The translations under genes and the position numbers were made by a program. From an uncultured Chthonomonadaceae bacterium (GTDB lineage Bacteria > Armatimonadota > Chthonomonadetes > Chthonomonadales > Chthonomonadaceae): DNA of 64,000 bases. How positions within the stretch are numbered: position 1 is the stretch's first letter; every line of letters begins with the position of its first letter. The notes beneath the pieces are model-generated. The model made no database searches and was not told the DNA's origin. It saw nothing but the letters and a program-made list of their open reading frames with translations. The DNA is taken from positions 928,001 through 992,000 of the forward strand of contig CAWFQB010000001.1 in the NCBI GenBank assembly GCA_963817895.1, given 5' to 3'. Shown piece after piece: positions 59,512 to 64,000 of this stretch.

Positions 59512-61068
59512 TTGAGTATTTTGGCGCGCCAGCCCGCTTCCTCCTTGTCTCCCCCTCTCCCCCTCTCCTTGTCTGTTATTGTTCCTTTACATGGCGGGCG
59601 GGCGGACTTGCGGCGGTGTCTGAACAGTTTGGAGGCGTGTCGGGAGTGGGTGTCTGAGGTCGTGATTGTGGACAATGCTTCGCCGGATGATGCGCTGGAA
59701 GAAGCGGCGGGGCGCGCGTGGGTGAAGGTCGTTCGCAATGAGGAGAACCGGGGATTTGCCGCTGCGTGTAATCAGGGCGCGGCGGCGAGTACGGGGGAAA
59801 TCCTCCTGTTCCTCAACAGCGACGTGGCGGTTCCTCCGGCGGGATTGGCGCGGCTGCTCGAAAGCCTGCGGGTTTCCGGTTCCATTGCCGCTGCCGGTCC
59901 GTATACCAACCGGGCGGGGCATGGGCAGCAGATCGCGCCCACTTACACCACGCTGGACACGCTGGATTTGTTCGCGCAGGACTTTGCCGGTCGGCAGGCA
60001 GTGGATGAAGATTGCGACATGCTGGTGGGCCTGTGTCTGGCGGTTCGGCGCAGCGCGTTTGTGGAAGTGGGCGGATGGGACGAGCGGTTCGGGTTGGGGC
60101 TGTTTGAAGACAACGACCTGTGTTACCGATTGCGGCGGGCGGGCTATAGGTTGGCGCGCTCCGGGCGCAGTTTCGTACATCACGGCGGTTCGCAGACTTT
60201 CCAACGCCTGAACCTGGACGTGGCCGCCCTCCTGCGCCACAACGAGCGCCTGTACCGGCAAAAGTGGCAGGAGGATATTGAATGTGGCTATGCTTCCCAC
60301 CTGTCCGGCTTATCCCCGGAACCTGTCCGCTTCGACCCGGCCCACCATCCCGCCATTCGCGCCCGCCGGATACGGGAACTGGCCCGCCGCGCCGACATAT
60401 CGCTGTGCATGATCGTCAAAGATGAGGAGCGCGTGTTGGGCGAGTGTCTGGCAAGCGCCCGCCCCTTCTTCCGCGAGATGATTGTTGTGGACACGGGTTC
60501 CACGGACAGAACGCAGGAGATCGCGCGGGAACACGGCGCAACGGTCTACGAGTTTCCCTGGACGGACAGTTTCAGCGAAGCCCGCAACGAGAGCCTGAAA
60601 TACGCGAAGGGCAAGTGGCTGTTCTGGATGGACGCCGACGACACCCTGCCGCCCGCCTCCGGCGAAGCCCTCCTTCATGCCGCCCTCCACGCCCCTGCCC
60701 ACATTGCCGGGTTCGTCGTGCCGGTGCAGTTCGTGGACGAGGGGCCAAGCAGGGACGGCGGCGCATCGGGAGCGGGCGGAACGCGGGTAGACCACGTCAA
60801 ACTCTTTCGCAATCTGTCCGGCCTGAAGTTCGAGGGGCGCATCCATGAGTAGATACTCGCGTCTTTGCGTCCGCATGGCGACATTGCCCGCTGTGCCGCC
60901 TTCGTGCTGCACTCCGGCTACGACACTTCGCCGGAAGGTCAGGCCAAAAAGCGACTTCGGGACGCCAAACTGCTGCAATTGGACTTGCAGGAACGCCCCG
61001 GCCATCCGTTCGTTTTGTTCAATTTAGGTACAATTTCTGCAAACACCGCATTTATTTCACTTATATAA
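59512..61068 (+). pseudogene. Tandem GT2-GT2(-TPR) glycosyltransferase fragment with an in-frame TAG at 60850-60852
   Basis: NRGFAAACNQG, FLNSD, FEDND, SLCMIVKDEE, MDADD; RIHE-TAG-IL where HEQI is expected; homology ends at FNLG (TPR start). Confidence 0.8.
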
Positions 61069-61069
61069 C

Positions 61070-62029
61070 CTATTTTGTCACTCGCGGTTTTTGCGAAAGC
61101 GGCGCGTTCCTGACGATTTTTTTGGCGGCTATGTCATAACGACAGGTGGTTCTGCTGTTCCAGATCGCGTCGAAATGGTTTTGGTCTGCCTGATACAACG
61201 CGGGAGCCGAGTCCCGCGTGTACAGGATGTGCGGCAGGCTCGATCCCTTGTGGTCCCGCCGATGGCAGCCCTGACAGACGTACCCGTCCATGATGAGCAG
61301 CGTCATGGACGGCGTTGAGTCGTAAACACCCACCTCAAAATGCGCGCCGTTTTGTCGGCGGGAGGCCCGGTGAGAGATGTTATTCAATGAGTTCATGATA
61401 TTCTCATGAACGCTTTTCCGGGCTTCTTTCATTGCCGCTTTGATCTCGTCAGGGTCCTCCATTGCGGCCAACAGGCTGCTGTTCAGGTCTATTCCGCGAA
61501 GGGCCACATGGGGCGAAGCGGGATCGAGAAGGAGTATCCGCGTTTCGACCGAATACCCAATCGCTCTATCCACGAGCGGCTGAAGCAGGCTGTCGCTGAG
61601 GACGAGCCAGGTGCTTAAAAAACAGACCTGCTTCGCCTGCGCGATTCTTGCCATGCACTCCTCCATAGGAAAGAAGGGGCTGTATGTCAACATATTGGTT
61701 GTCACAGGCGGTGTGGGCGGAGGACGGTCTGATTCCCCGTTGTTATTTTGCTCCGCGTCTTTGCTGTCACAATACTCGCTGATAAGAGCCTCCACCCGCA
61801 GTCGAATATTCTCCGCCGATGGTTCCCCGCGCTCTTTCAGCGCCACCGCCAATGGCGTAAACAATCCCCTCAAATTAGAAGCAGCGCGAAACCACTGGCC
61901 TTTCAACATCCGTTGCAGGCTCGGCAGAGGAATTTTTGTTTCTGTGGCGATACTCGACGCGCCATACATCCCACACTTCTTGAACTCGCTCTTAAGTTCC
62001 TCGAGCTTGTCCGGCTTGATTCTCCACAT
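61070..62029 (-). CDS. Putative regulator: N-terminal HTH plus C-terminal DUF5919/PLD-like domain
   Basis: SSIATETKIPLPSLQRML HTH-like segment; TRILLLDPAS and HFDAIWN motifs. Confidence 0.6.
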   Translation of the reverse strand: MWRIKPDKLEELKSEFKKCGMYGASSIATETKIPLPSLQRMLKGQWFRAASNLRGLFTPLAVALKERGEPSAENIRLRVEALISEYCDSKDAEQNNNGESDRPPPTPPVTTNMLTYSPFFPMEECMARIAQAKQVCFLSTWLVLSDSLLQPLVDRAIGYSVETRILLLDPASPHVALRGIDLNSSLLAAMEDPDEIKAAMKEARKSVHENIMNSLNNISHRASRRQNGAHFEVGVYDSTPSMTLLIMDGYVCQGCHRRDHKGSSLPHILYTRDSAPALYQADQNHFDAIWNSRTTCRYDIAAKKIVRNAPLSQKPRVTK

Positions 62030-62291
62030 TACAAAACTTCCTTCCTCCACAATAAACAAGCCCCAATCGCCTCAATTATACCCATTCCGCTGTCCGCGTT
62101 GCTCACTCGCTGCCAGAGACTACCAGAGATTACAGGTGGCAGTGGTCTTGCCGGAACCCGGCGAAAAAGGCAGTAAAAAGCCGGAATCTGGTGTAATCTG
62201 TACTTGTCTCTCAGGACGCGTCCGGCGTACTCAGAGATTACGAAATTCTCTTCCTGCTCCAAACTCGCGGGCAATCAAGATGGGGGACGGC

Positions 62292-63395
62292 ATGAACATC
62301 AGCATACAGCGTTTCCGCGTTACCAAGCGTTATCCTCTCACCATTGCTCGCGGAACCAGCGCGGGATCGGAAAACCTGTTGGTGACGGTGGAACACGAGG
62401 GCATCACGGGTATGGGGGAAATGGCTCCCACGTCGGGCGGGCCGATACCGGAAACCTCAGACACGGCGCAGGCCGCTCTGGAACGCTGGCGTCCTGCCCT
62501 GCGCGACGTATCGCCCTGGAATATGGGCCGCGTGGAAACGCTGCTCAACGCGCAAGAGGGGGAACGGGCGGCCTTTTGCGCGCTGGACTGCGCCCTGCAC
62601 GACTGGCAGGCCAAAAGCGTCCCTCTGCCCGTCTGGAAACTGCTCGGCCTGAATCTTGATGGTATGCCGCCGACTTCGCTCACGGTGGGCATCAATCCGC
62701 CCCATGTGATTCGCGCTCGCGTTCCCCAAATCCTGATGCGTACCGGGGCCAGATTTCTGAAAGTGAAACTGGGCAATCCGGCGGGAGTGGAAGCGGACAA
62801 GGCCGCTTTCACCGCCGCGCAGACAGCCGCAGGGGAATACGCGCTTTTATGCGAAAGCGGGCCTGTCGGCTGGCGGGTGGACGCGAACGGCGGCTGGACA
62901 GTTGAGGACGCCAAACACATGCTTGGCTGGCTTGCCGAGCGGGGCGTCGAGTTTGTGGAGCAGCCCCTTCCGCGCGGACAGGAAGCGGATTTAGCCATTC
63001 TGCGCAAGAACGCGCCCCTTCCTGTCTACGTGGATGAGAGCGTTCGAACCGCCCGCGATATTCCCCCTCTTGCAAAGAACGTAGATGGCGTGAACCTCAA
63101 ACTGATGAAATGTGGCGGACTGCGCGAAGGATTGCGCATTATCCACACTGCCCGCGCGCATGGCCTGAAGGTAATGATCGGCTGCTTCTCAGAATCCAGT
63201 CTGGGAATAACCGCAGCAGCGCAATTGGGTTCGCTTGTAGACGCTCTTGATCTAGACAGCCATCTCAACCTGAATCCCGACCCGTTCGTTGGCGCGATCT
63301 ATGCCAACGGAATCGTCAGGCCAACCCACGCGCCCGGATTTGGCGTACAACCCGCGCTGCAAGCGCCCTGTAGTAAACCCGTATTGGAGGCGTAA
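62292..63395 (+). CDS. Dipeptide epimerase (enolase superfamily, L-Ala-D/L-Glu type)
   Basis: LTIARG, KVKLG, VDANGGW, EQP, DES, NLKLMKCGG, DLD. Confidence 0.9.
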   Translation: MNISIQRFRVTKRYPLTIARGTSAGSENLLVTVEHEGITGMGEMAPTSGGPIPETSDTAQAALERWRPALRDVSPWNMGRVETLLNAQEGERAAFCALDCALHDWQAKSVPLPVWKLLGLNLDGMPPTSLTVGINPPHVIRARVPQILMRTGARFLKVKLGNPAGVEADKAAFTAAQTAAGEYALLCESGPVGWRVDANGGWTVEDAKHMLGWLAERGVEFVEQPLPRGQEADLAILRKNAPLPVYVDESVRTARDIPPLAKNVDGVNLKLMKCGGLREGLRIIHTARAHGLKVMIGCFSESSLGITAAAQLGSLVDALDLDSHLNLNPDPFVGAIYANGIVRPTHAPGFGVQPALQAPCSKPVLEA

Positions 63396-63474
63396 GCCAC
63401 CCGTCTTCCTTTTCTTTGTGATACGGTAACAATCTCCACCTGTACGACAGGCAGGCATAAGGAACACAATTATA

Positions 63475-64000
63475 ATGAACGATCCAACATCCAACACGCA
63501 ACTCGCTAACCTCAACTCGTGCCGCCTCGCCCTGCTGATGCACGACAACACCACCGGTAAGTTTGGCAAAATGGGGTTGGGATTGCTGCGCTACAGCGAA
63601 GCCGCCATTCCCGCGATTATTGACCGCCAGCACGCGGGGAAGAGTGTGCGCGACGTGACCAACATTCCCCGCTCCGTCCCCATTGTGGCAACGGTGGAAG
63701 AGGCCATCGCGTTGGGCGCGGACACGCTTGTTCCGGGTATCGCCCCGGCGGGCGGCGTCTTGCCGCCGGAATGGCGGCAGGAAATCAAAACCGGGTTGGG
63801 CGAAGGCCTGAACCTCGTCAATGGCCTGCACCAGCGCATGGAAACCGATCCCGAACTGCTGGCCCTGCTGCGGCCCGGACGCTGGATATGGGACGTTCGG
63901 GTGGAACCGCAGAACCTGCCCAATGGCAGCGGCGCGGCCCGAACCCTGCCCTGCAAGCGCGTTTTGACCGTAGGCACGGACATGGCGATAGGCAAAATGA
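63475..64000 (+). CDS. DUF1611 domain protein, 3' end outside the window
   Basis: Manual translation: GKMGLGLLRYS, GIAPAGG, LVNGLH, VLTVGTDMAIGKM; usual partner of dipeptide epimerases. Confidence 0.88.
   Translation, partial: MNDPTSNTQLANLNSCRLALLMHDNTTGKFGKMGLGLLRYSEAAIPAIIDRQHAGKSVRDVTNIPRSVPIVATVEEAIALGADTLVPGIAPAGGVLPPEWRQEIKTGLGEGLNLVNGLHQRMETDPELLALLRPGRWIWDVRVEPQNLPNGSGAARTLPCKRVLTVGTDMAIGKM

Noticed and set aside
60850..60852. Programmed amber readthrough (pyrrolysine or recoding) in the glycosyltransferase
   Set aside because: TAG is a single C-to-T change from the expected Gln codon, the gene is also truncated, and TAG is used as a normal stop in flgB, fliF and fliG.

Overview
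Bacterial chromosome segment, GC-rich in coding regions. Gene content suggests Armatimonadota (inference): two prepilin-type/H-X9-DG proteins, a PEP-CTERM TIGR03118-like protein, a PSD1/DUF1553 plus DUF1501 pair and a flagellar basal-body cluster. The backbone includes pgm, thrC, mutY, cca, comEC, DUF721-recF, flgBC-fliEFGH, rplU-rpmA, nirBD, hpnB and a dipeptide epimerase-DUF1611 pair. Five observations stand out. (1) Three dispersed copies of a ~350-400 bp non-coding element (about 638-1041, 17385-17740, 59087-59470). Each has a GAAC-N17-CGTCT ECF-type promoter motif, a strong SD plus a conserved 9-codon ORF (MPVYTSRSP / MPVHTSRSP / MPGHSPRSP), a near-invariant 65-bp hairpin core, and an outward-facing SD at the other end that abuts broken accessory genes. 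(2) A probable oriC upstream of recF with no dnaA nearby, built from palindromic pairs of a non-canonical TTTTCAACA box. (3) An AT-rich REase-NACHT (STAND) putative defence gene split by an IS3 element, next to a duplicated 3' end of an aldo/keto reductase gene (att-like). (4) Many miniature hairpin elements made of inverted 7-8-nt tandem repeats, sitting between genes and, in frame, inside genes. (5) Several small toxin-antitoxin-like gene pairs. Several conserved genes carry single-base frameshifts that are probably assembly indel errors. No tRNA, rRNA or CRISPR array was recognised. All family assignments are from motif recognition by eye, not database searches.
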